Positions 48,486 through 58,594 of a DNA stretch of 64,000 nucleotides are shown one piece after another. Both the position numbers and the translations under genes were made by a program. The stretch is taken from the NCBI GenBank assembly GCA_947478395.1, contig CANJVR010000001.1:256001-320000 (forward strand), read 5' to 3'. How positions within the stretch are numbered: the stretch's first letter is position 1; every line of letters begins with the position of its first letter. A model generated the notes under the pieces. It did no database searches. It worked only from the letters and a program-made list of their open reading frames with translations, and was not told where the DNA came from. This stretch comes from Opitutia bacterium (GTDB lineage Bacteria > Verrucomicrobiota > Verrucomicrobiia > Opitutales > Opitutaceae).

Positions 48486-50276
48486 TTAATTCCGCGCCCA
48501 GGGAAACGTGATCGTCGGCGCGTTCGCGTAGCGGTGCGTCGTCAAGGCGAGGCGGGCTCCGGCTCCGGGCGCCAGTTGCACCGTGAAATCGCGCGCGCCG
48601 AGCGGCAGGGTTTTCCCGTTCAGCTCGACCGATTCAAACTGGTGCTCTCCATACGCGCCGCCTTGGACCACGACGGTCCGCGCGGTCGTGGCGTTGAGAT
48701 TTACCAGCGTCACGACGGTGCGCGTATCCGTGATTTCTGAAACGAGCGCGCCCACATCCTCCGGCACGCCGGCGCGTTGGCGCACGGGATCGAAATAACG
48801 GAGACGTGCGTTCAACAAACCGCCGTCGACGCCCGGGGGCAGTCCACCGAGCATGAGCTGCACAAGCGAAGCGGTGGCCGCGGGATTCAGGTTGAGCTGA
48901 TTGTCCGCGAGCCGTTTTTCGGGCAGGGTTTTGTCGGCGCGAATTGCTTCGATTTTACGCGGCAACGAATCGAGGTCGCGCTTCAAGGCCGTCTCGGGGA
49001 ACGCCGCATCCTTGCCTTGGAGAAACGAGATCCAGCTGTTTTCGCCCACGCGCGAGAGATCGGCGGGTTTCATCGACCAATACCAGACGTCCATCACGCC
49101 CACGTTCCAAGGACGGCTTTGCCAACCGTACCAACCATCGGCGCCGTACATCGTCGGATATTCTTTGCGACCATCGACCGTACGCGCGTTCGAATTCACG
49201 GCGTCGATCATATCGCGCCAGGCATCCACGTATTTTTGATTACCCGTGACGAGTAGCGCATTGTGAAAGCCCACCAGCGCGCGCGGGATGCGGTTGCGGT
49301 TTTCGCGACGGCCGTTGACGGGATTCACGGGACTAAAGCCCCAGCCGTAGGCGTTGTTCCACCACTTGCCCTCAACGCCGCCGATTTTGCCATCGAGCGC
49401 GACATAGCTCGGGATGATGCCCTTGTTTTCTTTCATGCGGGCCAGCCAGGCGTCCATGTATTCAACGATCCACTGTTTATACTTAGCCTCGTTCTTCAGC
49501 AGGTAAGCATCGGTCGGGAGCGTCGTCGCAACGAGGTTGATGAAATGATCGCCGACCACATCGCCGTATTCCTGATAGTGCTGGAGAAATTGCTCGTAGG
49601 TGGTTTCACCATGCACGAGTCCAAAGCCCTTGGGGTCGAAGGGATCGCCGACCCAGTCGAGCGGGGTGGCCTTGCGCAATAGCGGTCCGCGGCTGCCGTT
49701 CATCATCGAGCGGATCAGTTTCAATTTCGGATCGTAGTTCGGCGCCTCGGGATCTTCCGCCATGTAGAAGCCGGCGAAACGGCGGGCGCGCTCCTGATAA
49801 ATAGGCAGGTTCGGCACGGACATCCCCATGCGGTTAAAATTCTGCTCGCCCTCGCCGTGGTGCATCCAGTCGGACTGCGCGGAAAAATCCTTGTAGTACA
49901 TGCCCTGTTTACCGGCGGGCACGTCGGTGGTTTTCGCCTCGGTGTACTGGCGGAGCATACCTTCCCAACCTTTGAGGTACATCGACATGATGTCGTCGCT
50001 CGCTCCAAGCGCGTGGAGTTCGGGCCAGCGGTTGAAATTTTCAAACGCGTCGTCCGGGCCGTCGTTCGCGCCCCAGCGCACGAAACATTTCAGGTAGCCG
50101 CGGTCGTCGTAGTATTTTTCAAAAAACTCCCGACAGGCCGGGACGTTTTCCGCCAGCAGGCGGCGCTCGAGTTTCGCCCACTCGGGCGCGGGCATGGGAG
50201 TATCGACGATGAGCGGAGAACGGGTGTCAGCCGCGACCGCGTAAGCGGCGAGAACGAAAAACAGGAGACGTTTCAT
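48486..50276 (-). CDS. Secreted hypothetical protein (596 aa), possibly an enzyme
   Basis: Signal peptide; host-like codon usage; RWGANDGPDDAFENF and DWMHHGEG motifs. Confidence 0.85.
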   Translation of the reverse strand: MKRLLFFVLAAYAVAADTRSPLIVDTPMPAPEWAKLERRLLAENVPACREFFEKYYDDRGYLKCFVRWGANDGPDDAFENFNRWPELHALGASDDIMSMYLKGWEGMLRQYTEAKTTDVPAGKQGMYYKDFSAQSDWMHHGEGEQNFNRMGMSVPNLPIYQERARRFAGFYMAEDPEAPNYDPKLKLIRSMMNGSRGPLLRKATPLDWVGDPFDPKGFGLVHGETTYEQFLQHYQEYGDVVGDHFINLVATTLPTDAYLLKNEAKYKQWIVEYMDAWLARMKENKGIIPSYVALDGKIGGVEGKWWNNAYGWGFSPVNPVNGRRENRNRIPRALVGFHNALLVTGNQKYVDAWRDMIDAVNSNARTVDGRKEYPTMYGADGWYGWQSRPWNVGVMDVWYWSMKPADLSRVGENSWISFLQGKDAAFPETALKRDLDSLPRKIEAIRADKTLPEKRLADNQLNLNPAATASLVQLMLGGLPPGVDGGLLNARLRYFDPVRQRAGVPEDVGALVSEITDTRTVVTLVNLNATTARTVVVQGGAYGEHQFESVELNGKTLPLGARDFTVQLAPGAGARLALTTHRYANAPTITFPWARN

Positions 50277-50626
50277 GACAAAGCAGGGGGGTTAGGGACG
50301 CGGACTTAAATTTGCCGCACGCGGTTCGGGTGCAATCCATTTTAAGGCGGTGAATCTTTCGCTCACTAAAAAGCACACGGAATTCGGCCGTCTTCGGCCA
50401 CCCATCCATGCGGCTGGGGGCGCGAGGGAAAGCGATACGAGGCGACCGACGATTCTTGCCGCATTTTGTGGCCAAACTCGGCCGTGGGGCCGGACAGTTG
50501 GAGGCCACGGGGAGAAGTGAAATCCTTCAGGAGAATTTACCTCGCACTTCAGGTTAGCAGTCGCATTTTTTCAGTGCCCCTTCGAGCTCCCGTCCGCCCT
50601 ACGCCTTCCGCGTTGTCGTAATCACC

Positions 50627-53047
50627 ATGCGCCGTCCGTTCGCCCTGCCCTTCGATATCCGCCGTCCACGGCGGTCCACTGCTTTGTTCGCTTTGCTCAG
50701 CTTGACGGGAGCATCCGGCGCCGCCGCAGCGGAAGCCACGGCGACCGCCACCAAGGTAATCGATCGCTACTGCATGGAGTGCCATGACGCGACGGCCAAA
50801 AAAGGCGGGCTCGTCCTGGAGTCGCTCGATCTCACCTCGTCCGCGACCGACGCAAAAATCCGCGAGCAGGTCCTGCGCAAGCTTGCGCATCGCCAAATGC
50901 CCCCGCTTGGGGAAGCCCGCCCCGACGAGGCCACGTACCACGCTCTCGTGGCGCAAATCGAATCGACGCTCGATCGCGACGCTGCGACTCGCCCGAATCC
51001 GGGACGCACCGATACGTTTCGGCGTCTCACGCGCACGGAGTATCAAAACGCGATCCGCGACCTGCTGGCGCTCGACATCGACGCCACCGTGCTCCTGCCC
51101 AACGACGAACCGAGCCACGGCTTCGACAACGTCACGGTCGGAAATCTGTCGCCCACCCTGCTCGACCGCTACGTTTCCGCCGCGCAGAAAATCGCCCGCC
51201 TCGCCGTCGGCGCGCCGCGCAAGACGCCCGCGGGCGACACGTTTCGTGTCCCACCTGATGTCACGCAGGAAGAACACGTCGAGGGCCTGCCCATCGGCAC
51301 GCGCGGCGGCGCCCAGTTTCCCTACGTTTTCCCGCAGGACGGCAGCTACGAACTGCAGGTGCGCCTTGCGCGCGACCGCAACGAGCAGGTCGAAGGCCTG
51401 AAGAAACCGCACGAAGTCGAAGTGCTCATCGATCGCGAGCGCGTGGGACTCTTCACCGTCAAACCGCCCGGCGCCGACAAGAATGCCGAGGGCGTCGACG
51501 CCCACCTGAAGTTTCGCGTAACGGTGAAAGCAGGGCCACGCGAGGTGGCCGTCACGTTTCCCAAAAATCCCACGGATCTTCTCGAGACGGAGCGCCAGCC
51601 ATTCATTGCGCGCTTCAACATGCACCGGCATCCGCGCACGGCGCCGGCGCTCTATCAGCTTTCGATCACGGGGCCTTTCGATGCCACGGGGCCGGGTGAC
51701 ACGCCGAGCCGCCGTCTGATCTTTGGCGTCGCCGCGAACGGAGGGGCGGTTGCTCAAAATGCGGCCCTCGTCAAAGCGTCGTCGGCCTCTGAAACGGAGG
51801 CTCGCGCCCGCCAGATTCTGACGCCGATCCTGCGTCGCGCTTATCGGCGGCCCGTCACGGACGAAGACCTCCGCAAGCCCATGCAGTTTTTCCACGAAGG
51901 CGAGGCCGAGGGCGCAGGCTTCGACGCCGGCATCGAAAACGCGCTCAGCGCCATCCTGGTGAGCCCGCACTTTCTGATCCGGGTCGAACAGGATCCCGCG
52001 GGCGTCGCTCCGGGCACACCGTATCGCGTGAGCGGCCTCGAACTCGCGTCGCGACTTTCCTTTTTTCTCTGGAGCAGCCTGCCGGACGACGCGTTGATCG
52101 AGGCCGCGGTGCGGGGCGATCTGCAGCAACCGAAACTTTTGGAACAGCAAGTCCGCCGTATGCTGGCCGATGAGCGCGCGCGCAGCTTGGTGACCAACTT
52201 CGCGAGTCAGTGGCTCCAGTTGCGCAAACTCGATTCCATCATTCCCGATCTTCGCCTCTTCCCCAATTTCGACGACAACCTGCGCCAGTCGCTGCGGCAG
52301 GAAACCGAGTTTTTCATCGAAAATATCATGCGCGAGGATCGCAGCATCACCGAGCTGCTGAGCGCCGACTATACGTTCGTCAACGAGCGCCTCGCGAAAC
52401 ACTACGGCATTCCGAATATCTACGGCAGTCGCTTCCGCCGCGTTTCGTTCGCGGACGACCCCAAGCGCGAGCGCGGCGGCCTGCTGCGGCAGGGCAGCGT
52501 TCTCACTGTCACCTCGTACGCCACGCGCACCTCGCCGGTGATTCGCGGTCACTGGATTCTCTCGACGCTCGCTGGCGAACCGCCGCCGCCCCCGCCGCCC
52601 AACGTGCCCGCGCTCGACGACAACACTGTCTCGGCGTCGCTGCCGATGCGCGCACGCCTCGCGGCTCACCGGGCAAATCCCACGTGCGCGAGTTGTCACG
52701 ACGTCATGGATCCCGTCGGTTTTGCCTTGGAAAATTTCGACGCCGTCGGCCGCTGGCGCACCGCGGAAGACCACAAACCCGTCGACGCCTCGGGCGGCCT
52801 GCCCGACGGCAGCACGTTCACCGGCGTGGCGGCTCTAGAGCGCGGATTACTCCAACGGCCGGAACTGTTTGCCGGCACGCTCAGCGAAAAACTGCTCACC
52901 TTCGCGCTTGGTCGCGGCGTCGAATCGTACGACGCGCCAGCCGTCCGCGAAATTGTACGGCGCGCCCAGCCCGACAACTATCGCTTCTCCTCGATGATTC
53001 TCGGCGTCGTCAACAGCACTCCGTTTCAAATGAGGAAAGCGCCATGA
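50627..53047 (+). CDS. DUF1592/DUF1588/DUF1587/DUF1595/DUF1585 protein with heme c motifs
   Basis: CMECH, RRLTRTEYQNAIRDLL, GFDN, RAYRRP, ELASRLSFFLWSSLPD, TSPVIRGHWI, CASCH and ENFDAVGRWR motifs. Confidence 0.92.
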   Translation: MRRPFALPFDIRRPRRSTALFALLSLTGASGAAAAEATATATKVIDRYCMECHDATAKKGGLVLESLDLTSSATDAKIREQVLRKLAHRQMPPLGEARPDEATYHALVAQIESTLDRDAATRPNPGRTDTFRRLTRTEYQNAIRDLLALDIDATVLLPNDEPSHGFDNVTVGNLSPTLLDRYVSAAQKIARLAVGAPRKTPAGDTFRVPPDVTQEEHVEGLPIGTRGGAQFPYVFPQDGSYELQVRLARDRNEQVEGLKKPHEVEVLIDRERVGLFTVKPPGADKNAEGVDAHLKFRVTVKAGPREVAVTFPKNPTDLLETERQPFIARFNMHRHPRTAPALYQLSITGPFDATGPGDTPSRRLIFGVAANGGAVAQNAALVKASSASETEARARQILTPILRRAYRRPVTDEDLRKPMQFFHEGEAEGAGFDAGIENALSAILVSPHFLIRVEQDPAGVAPGTPYRVSGLELASRLSFFLWSSLPDDALIEAAVRGDLQQPKLLEQQVRRMLADERARSLVTNFASQWLQLRKLDSIIPDLRLFPNFDDNLRQSLRQETEFFIENIMREDRSITELLSADYTFVNERLAKHYGIPNIYGSRFRRVSFADDPKRERGGLLRQGSVLTVTSYATRTSPVIRGHWILSTLAGEPPPPPPPNVPALDDNTVSASLPMRARLAAHRANPTCASCHDVMDPVGFALENFDAVGRWRTAEDHKPVDASGGLPDGSTFTGVAALERGLLQRPELFAGTLSEKLLTFALGRGVESYDAPAVREIVRRAQPDNYRFSSMILGVVNSTPFQMRKAP

Positions 53048-53059
53048 CGGACCAGGCAT

Positions 53060-53174
53060 TGGCCACACCAAGGCACAAAAATTGTCGAGTGAGATTGGGC
53101 GTCTCCATTGCGCTTATAGGCGCGCGGGCGAGCCGGTCTAAACCCAACCGACCCTTTGTGGCTTTTCGCGGCCA
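53060..53174. repeat. Imperfect inverted repeat with ~10-bp periodicity
   Basis: tggccacaccaaggcacaaaa ... ctttgtggcttttcgcggcca. Confidence 0.55.
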
Positions 53175-53247
53175 AGCCGTCTGAAAAATTTCGTCGGCCA
53201 CCCTATTTCCTGAAAAAATTTCACGGCTGTTTCCCCTCTACCATCAT

Positions 53248-54612
53248 ATGAGCACCTTCCTCACCCAAAAGGCCCTGCCCCGCCGGACGTTTCTCCGCGG
53301 CATGGGCGCATCGCTCGCCCTTCCGCTCCTCGACGCCATGGTCCCGGTCGCGAGCGCGGCCGCGGCCAGCAAAGCCGCCGCCCTGCCCGTGCGGCGCCTC
53401 AGCTACGTTTTCATGCCAATGGGCTGCGACCAGTCACGTTGGGTGCCGCCGGGTACCGACGGCACGCTCGGCGAACTTTCGCCGATCCTCAGCTCGCTCG
53501 CCTCGGTGAAAGAGCACGTGAACGTCTTCACGAATCTCGAACTGCGTAATGCGTACCCCGGTTCCCACGCCACCTCGAATTGCTCCTTCCTCAGCGCGGC
53601 GAAGGCAAAACACACCGAGAGCTCCGATTACTATTTAGGGACGACCGCCGACCAGCTCGCCGCGCAACAAATCGGGCGCGAGACGCAGCTGCCCTCGCTC
53701 GAGCTGTCGATGGACATGCTTCAAACCACCGGCCAGTGCGACAACGGCTACGCGTGCGTTTACCAAAATAACCTCTCGTGGTCCTCACCGACCACACCGC
53801 TTCCGTCGGAGGCGCACCCGCGAATCGTCTTCGAACGCCTGTTCGGCGAGGGCGGCAGTCTCGCGGAGCGTCGCGCTGCGCTGCGCAAGCGCGCGAGCTT
53901 GCTGGACTGGATGATTGAGGACATCGCGACGTTGAAGACCAATCTCGGGGCCACCGATCGCGCCCGTGTCAACGAGTACCTCGACACCGTACGCGAAGTG
54001 GAGCGACGCATTCAAAAAGCAGAGTCAGAGGTCGCGACGAGTGCCTTACCCGTCGATCTCGAACGCCCCCTCGGCGTTCCGGCCGCCTACGCCGATCACG
54101 CGAAGCTGATGTTCGATCTCCAGGTGCTGGCGATGCAGGGTGACATCACCCGGGTGTGTTCCTTCCAGCTCGCGCGCGAAACCAGCAACCGCACCTATTT
54201 CGCGGAGACGGGCGTGGCGGATCCTCACCATCCATTGACTCACCACGGCAACGATCCGGAGAAAGTTGCCCGCATGGCGAAGATCAACGCGTTTCACGTG
54301 TCGCTGTTCGCTTACTATCTGGAACGCCTCAAGGCCACGCCCGATGGCAACGGCTCGCTGCTCGATCATTCGCTGCTGCTCTACGGCAGCGGCATCGGCA
54401 ATCCCAACATCCACGATCACACGAATCTGCCTGTCCTCGTCGCCGGCGGTGCCGCAGGCGGCATGAAAGGCGGACGCCACATCCGCTACAGCGAGCCCAC
54501 GCCGCTGGCCAACCTGCATCTCACGCTGCTCGACAAAGTTGGCGTGCACATCGACTCGTTCGCGGACAGTAGCGGGAAGATCGGAAATCTTTTCGCCCCC
54601 GTTGCCCTATGA
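53248..54612 (+). CDS. DUF1552 family protein (Tat-exported)
   Basis: RRTFLRGMG..LALPLLDAM, SLEL, CDNGYACVY..NLSW, PR.VFERLFG, HHPLTHH and SLLDHS motifs. Confidence 0.92.
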   Translation: MSTFLTQKALPRRTFLRGMGASLALPLLDAMVPVASAAAASKAAALPVRRLSYVFMPMGCDQSRWVPPGTDGTLGELSPILSSLASVKEHVNVFTNLELRNAYPGSHATSNCSFLSAAKAKHTESSDYYLGTTADQLAAQQIGRETQLPSLELSMDMLQTTGQCDNGYACVYQNNLSWSSPTTPLPSEAHPRIVFERLFGEGGSLAERRAALRKRASLLDWMIEDIATLKTNLGATDRARVNEYLDTVREVERRIQKAESEVATSALPVDLERPLGVPAAYADHAKLMFDLQVLAMQGDITRVCSFQLARETSNRTYFAETGVADPHHPLTHHGNDPEKVARMAKINAFHVSLFAYYLERLKATPDGNGSLLDHSLLLYGSGIGNPNIHDHTNLPVLVAGGAAGGMKGGRHIRYSEPTPLANLHLTLLDKVGVHIDSFADSSGKIGNLFAPVAL

Positions 54613-54701
54613 GCGAGCCCCTTTTCCCCCGTGCGGGGATACCGAGCACGCATAACCGTGGGTTCACCGGTGCAAGCGGCGCGCTCGCGCCGAGGGTCAA
54701 A

Positions 54702-56189
54702 ATGACCAACCCCAAAACGCGCGCCACACCCCTGCTCGCCCTCGCGCTGCTGGCCATGGCTGCGCCCGTTTTGACGGCCGCACCGGCGCCGCTCGCCGAC
54801 GCCGTGGAGAAGAAAGACCTCGTCACCCTCCGCGCGATCATCCGCGACACGAACGTCAACGCGCCCCAAGTCGACGGCACGACGGCGTTGCACTGGGCCG
54901 CCTACAACGACGACGTCGCCACCGCGAAACTGCTGCTCACTGCCGGCGCAAATTCGAAAGCGGAAAACCGCTACGGCGTGACACCGCTCTCGCTCGCCTG
55001 CACGAACGGCGACACCGCCCTCGTCGAGCTATTGCTCGCGGCCGGCGCCAACCCCAACGCCGCGCTTCCCGGCGGAGAAACTCCGCTCATGACGGCTGCG
55101 CGCACCGGCAAAATCGGACCCGTGAAAGCCCTGCTGGCGAAAGGCGTCGACGTAAACGCCAAGGTGGCCAGCGGCCAGACCGCTCTCATGTGGGCTACCG
55201 CAGACGGACACACTGCGGTGGTTGAAGCGTTGCTCGCCGCCGGCGCCGAGTTCCGCGCCGCGTTGCCCACCGGCTTTACGCCCATGCTATTTGCGGTGCG
55301 CGGCGGCCAGACCGAAATCGTACGCGCGTTGCTCAAGGCGGGCGTGGACGTAAACGAAATCGTACAACCGGCCCGGCCCGTCGCGAAGTTTCTGCGCAAG
55401 GGAGCGGGCGCGTTGACCACGGCGATCGAGAACGGCCACTTTGAACTCGCCGCGCTCTTGCTCGATCTCGGCGCCAATCCGAACGACATGCGTTCAGGTT
55501 ATACCGCGCTGCATGTGCTCGCGTGGATTCGCAAACCCGATCGCGGCGAAGACGAAGGCGATCCGATTCCCGAAGGCTCCGGCAATCTCACGAGCGAACA
55601 ACTGATCCGAAAACTTGTAGCCAAAGGCGCCGACATCAACGCGCAGCTCACGGGCGGCCCGTCCGGCGGGGGACGCATCAATCGCAAAGGCTGCACGCCA
55701 CTCATGATGGCCGCCGACACGGCGGACACGGCGTTCATCCGCCTGCTCGTCGAGCTGGGCGCGGATCCCACAATCCCGAACGTCGATGGTCTGACCCCGT
55801 TAATGGCTGCGGCTGGTCTCGGCACGCGCTCGGTTGAAGAAGAAGCGGGCACCGACGAAGAAGCGGTGGAGGCGGTCACCTACTTGCTCAGCATCGGCGC
55901 CAATATCGACGCCGTCGCGGAGACGGGCGACACGGCGATGCACGGCGCGGCCTTTGCGAATTTCCCGAAGGTCGTGAAGTTACTCGCAGCCAAAGGCGCG
56001 AAGATCGAAATCTGGAATCAACCCAACAAGCGCGGCTGGACTCCGCTGCTGATCGCCGAAGGCCATCGCTTCGGTAATTTCAAACCCTCGTTCGAGACGA
56101 TTGCCGCGATCAAGGAAGTCATGATCGCCGCCGGCGTCACGCCGCCTCCCCCTGCTCCGCCCGTGCCGGCGAAGGGATACGGGAACTAG
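54702..56189 (+). CDS. Secreted ankyrin repeat protein
   Basis: Repeats GTTALHWA, GVTPLSLA, GETPLMTA and GQTALMWA; alternative start 54609 overlaps the DUF1552 stop (ATGA). Confidence 0.92.
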   Translation: MTNPKTRATPLLALALLAMAAPVLTAAPAPLADAVEKKDLVTLRAIIRDTNVNAPQVDGTTALHWAAYNDDVATAKLLLTAGANSKAENRYGVTPLSLACTNGDTALVELLLAAGANPNAALPGGETPLMTAARTGKIGPVKALLAKGVDVNAKVASGQTALMWATADGHTAVVEALLAAGAEFRAALPTGFTPMLFAVRGGQTEIVRALLKAGVDVNEIVQPARPVAKFLRKGAGALTTAIENGHFELAALLLDLGANPNDMRSGYTALHVLAWIRKPDRGEDEGDPIPEGSGNLTSEQLIRKLVAKGADINAQLTGGPSGGGRINRKGCTPLMMAADTADTAFIRLLVELGADPTIPNVDGLTPLMAAAGLGTRSVEEEAGTDEEAVEAVTYLLSIGANIDAVAETGDTAMHGAAFANFPKVVKLLAAKGAKIEIWNQPNKRGWTPLLIAEGHRFGNFKPSFETIAAIKEVMIAAGVTPPPPAPPVPAKGYGN

Positions 56190-56562
56190 AGGCGGCGTCC
56201 GAAAGTAGTGGCGGGATATCCTTAGCCCGCCACTCCAACTCCGCACAGAGGTGGGGCAACGTCTAACCGGCGCGTTGAGAATAACGCGCCCTGGCTTTTC
56301 GTCGACCTCACCCGCCTCGACGGCGCCGCGGGGTAAGGGCACCCCACCCACGTTGGGAGGAGCCCATGCTCCCCGCGGCCAAAAAAGTCCGGCGCGGATC
56401 AGATCGCCGAGCGGCGTCCATTTCCATTCATCCAAGAAGTCCGCCGCGGCCGATTCAAATTGGAACGCATCCCAGGCAAAAAGATGCGCACCAAAACCGC
56501 CTAAAAAAATTAATCTTCGGGCTTTCCTTTGAGCGCGGCATAAGGAGTCTTCCGGGACCCCT

Positions 56563-57954
56563 ATGAATCACGACTGGATGCTTATTGCCCTAGCGATCGG
56601 TGCCATCGGCGTTCTCGTTCTGCTGGTCACACAGCTGAAAGTGAATGCCTTCATCTCCCTCGTCATTGCTTCACTGATCGTGGGCGGCGGGGCCGTCCTG
56701 CTCGACCAACAGATCAAGGACGCCGCCGGTAAACTTAGCCCCTACACGATGCTCGGCGTCGCGAAGTCTATCCAAGACGGACTTGGCGCCACGCTCGGCG
56801 GCATCGCCGCGGTCCTCGGCTTGGGCACAATGCTCGGCAAACTCCTCGCCGAATCCGGCGGCGCCGAGGTTCTCGCGAAACGCTTCGCCCAGATTTTCGG
56901 ACCGAAACACATTCAGTGGTGCATCATCTGCCTCGCGCTGGCGGTCGGATTGACGACGTGGTTCGCCGTCGGCCTCGTGCTGCTACTTCCCATTTTGCTC
57001 ACCCTCACCCGTGAAACGAAACAGCCGTTCCTCCTGCTCGCGATCCCGTTGCTCTCCTGTCTTTCGGTGATGCACGGTCTGATGCCGCCCCACCCCGGCC
57101 CCGTCGTCGCCGTCGATGCCCTCAAGGCCAACATGGGTCTCGTTCTATTCTGGGGATTCATCGTCGGCTTTCCCACCGCCATGATCGCCGGCCCAATCTT
57201 CGCTAAGCTCGCCATGAAACACGTGCAAGCCACTCCGCCCCCCTTGCCTTTGGTGGATCGGACGGATCCCGCGCTGCGGCTCCCCGGGTTCGGCATCACG
57301 CTTTTCTCGATCGTCCTGCCCGTGCTCCTGATGCTGCTCTCGACCGCAGCCGAACTCACCTTGCCGGCCGCGAACAGCGCGCGCCAGATCGCCACCTTCA
57401 TCGGCAATCCCACGATCGCGCTGCTGACGTCGGTGCTATTCGCCCTCTGGTCGCTCGGCTCGAACTGCGGTTACTCCAACGCGAAACTGCTTAAATTTAC
57501 CGAGACCAGCGTCGCGACCGTCGGTATGACGATCCTGATCGTGGGCGGCGGCGGCGGTTTTGCCCGCGTCCTGCGCGACAGCGGCGTCGCTGACTCGATC
57601 GGCCACATGGGCGATAAGATGTCACTCTCACCTCTTATTTACGGCTGGTTGATTTCGGCTTTCATTCGCGTGGCGACCGGATCGGCGACCGTCGCAATCA
57701 CCACCGCGTCGGGACTGCTCGTGCCCGTCCTCGCGCTGCATCCCGAACTCGATCAGACCCACGTCGCGCTGATCATTGTCGCGGTGGGCTGCGGATCGCT
57801 GTTCCTATCCCATTTGAACGACTCCGGATTCTGGATCGTGAAGGAGTGCCTCGGTCTGACGGTCCCACAGACGTTCAAGACCTGGACCGTCTGCGAAACC
57901 ATCGTCGGTCTCGTCGGCGCGGCGATCGCGTTCATTCTGTTTAACGTGATCTAA
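56563..57954 (+). CDS. GntP family gluconate:H+ symporter
   Basis: LGKLLAESGGA, HGLMPPHPGP, RVATGSATVA and SHLNDSGFW motifs. Confidence 0.93.
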   Translation: MNHDWMLIALAIGAIGVLVLLVTQLKVNAFISLVIASLIVGGGAVLLDQQIKDAAGKLSPYTMLGVAKSIQDGLGATLGGIAAVLGLGTMLGKLLAESGGAEVLAKRFAQIFGPKHIQWCIICLALAVGLTTWFAVGLVLLLPILLTLTRETKQPFLLLAIPLLSCLSVMHGLMPPHPGPVVAVDALKANMGLVLFWGFIVGFPTAMIAGPIFAKLAMKHVQATPPPLPLVDRTDPALRLPGFGITLFSIVLPVLLMLLSTAAELTLPAANSARQIATFIGNPTIALLTSVLFALWSLGSNCGYSNAKLLKFTETSVATVGMTILIVGGGGGFARVLRDSGVADSIGHMGDKMSLSPLIYGWLISAFIRVATGSATVAITTASGLLVPVLALHPELDQTHVALIIVAVGCGSLFLSHLNDSGFWIVKECLGLTVPQTFKTWTVCETIVGLVGAAIAFILFNVI

Positions 57955-58191
57955 AAAGCTCGGACGGTGGGTTTCGGCCTCCCGGTCAAGCACGCCCCGG
58001 GGCGAACTTGGAGTCGCCGGTCCGCCCCGTGGTCCCGGACCAGATCACTGCACCGCATAACGCCGTCAAACGAGTCCACCCGGACGTTTCACGGCGGCGG
58101 TTGGGCTTCAGCCCGCGGCGAGCCTGCCACGAAAGCGGTCCCGCCATGGCGGGACACGCCCTAACTCGAAGATCTCAGCTTTTCAAACCGC

Positions 58192-58452
58192 TCAATGATG
58201 GTGGTCGTGATCATGGTGATCATGATCGTGGTGATCATTGTGTCGGCGTGACTGCTTCACCGGCCGGGGCTCCGGACGCTCGACGGTCGCCGCACGCACG
58301 AAAGGATCGGGGCCGATCACAATGCAGCGGCGAATTGCCACACCGGTTTTCGGATGCTTGGTCAGCGGCGCGTCTTTGATCGACTGGAGAATTTCAAAAC
58401 GCTGCACAGTTTTCCCCGGACGAGGCAGGGTTTCATAGACGTAGGTAACCAT
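58192..58452 (-). CDS. FmdB-like small protein with His-rich tail
   Basis: M.TYVYE..FEILQSIKDAPLTKHP.TG..IRR; C-terminus HNDHHDHDHHDHDHHH. Confidence 0.75.
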   Translation of the reverse strand: MVTYVYETLPRPGKTVQRFEILQSIKDAPLTKHPKTGVAIRRCIVIGPDPFVRAATVERPEPRPVKQSRRHNDHHDHDHHDHDHHH

Positions 58453-58594
58453 AATTGACGAGCGAGACGCCCAACCTAGAAAAAAGTTAGGTGAGGAAAC
58501 GTACAAGTTCATTTCCCGGTTCTTGCAACACGGCGGGACGGCCGAGGCCAAAAACTATGGCCGCGCGAACACCGCCTGACTCGGCGCGATTTTT

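Noticed and set aside
50549..52774. 741-aa minus-strand ORF
   Set aside because: Antisense shadow of the DUF1592 gene; Arg-rich with no motifs
58192..58240. Tandem DNA repeat (GATCATGGT-like)
   Set aside because: Explained by the His/Asp-coding tail of the minus-strand gene
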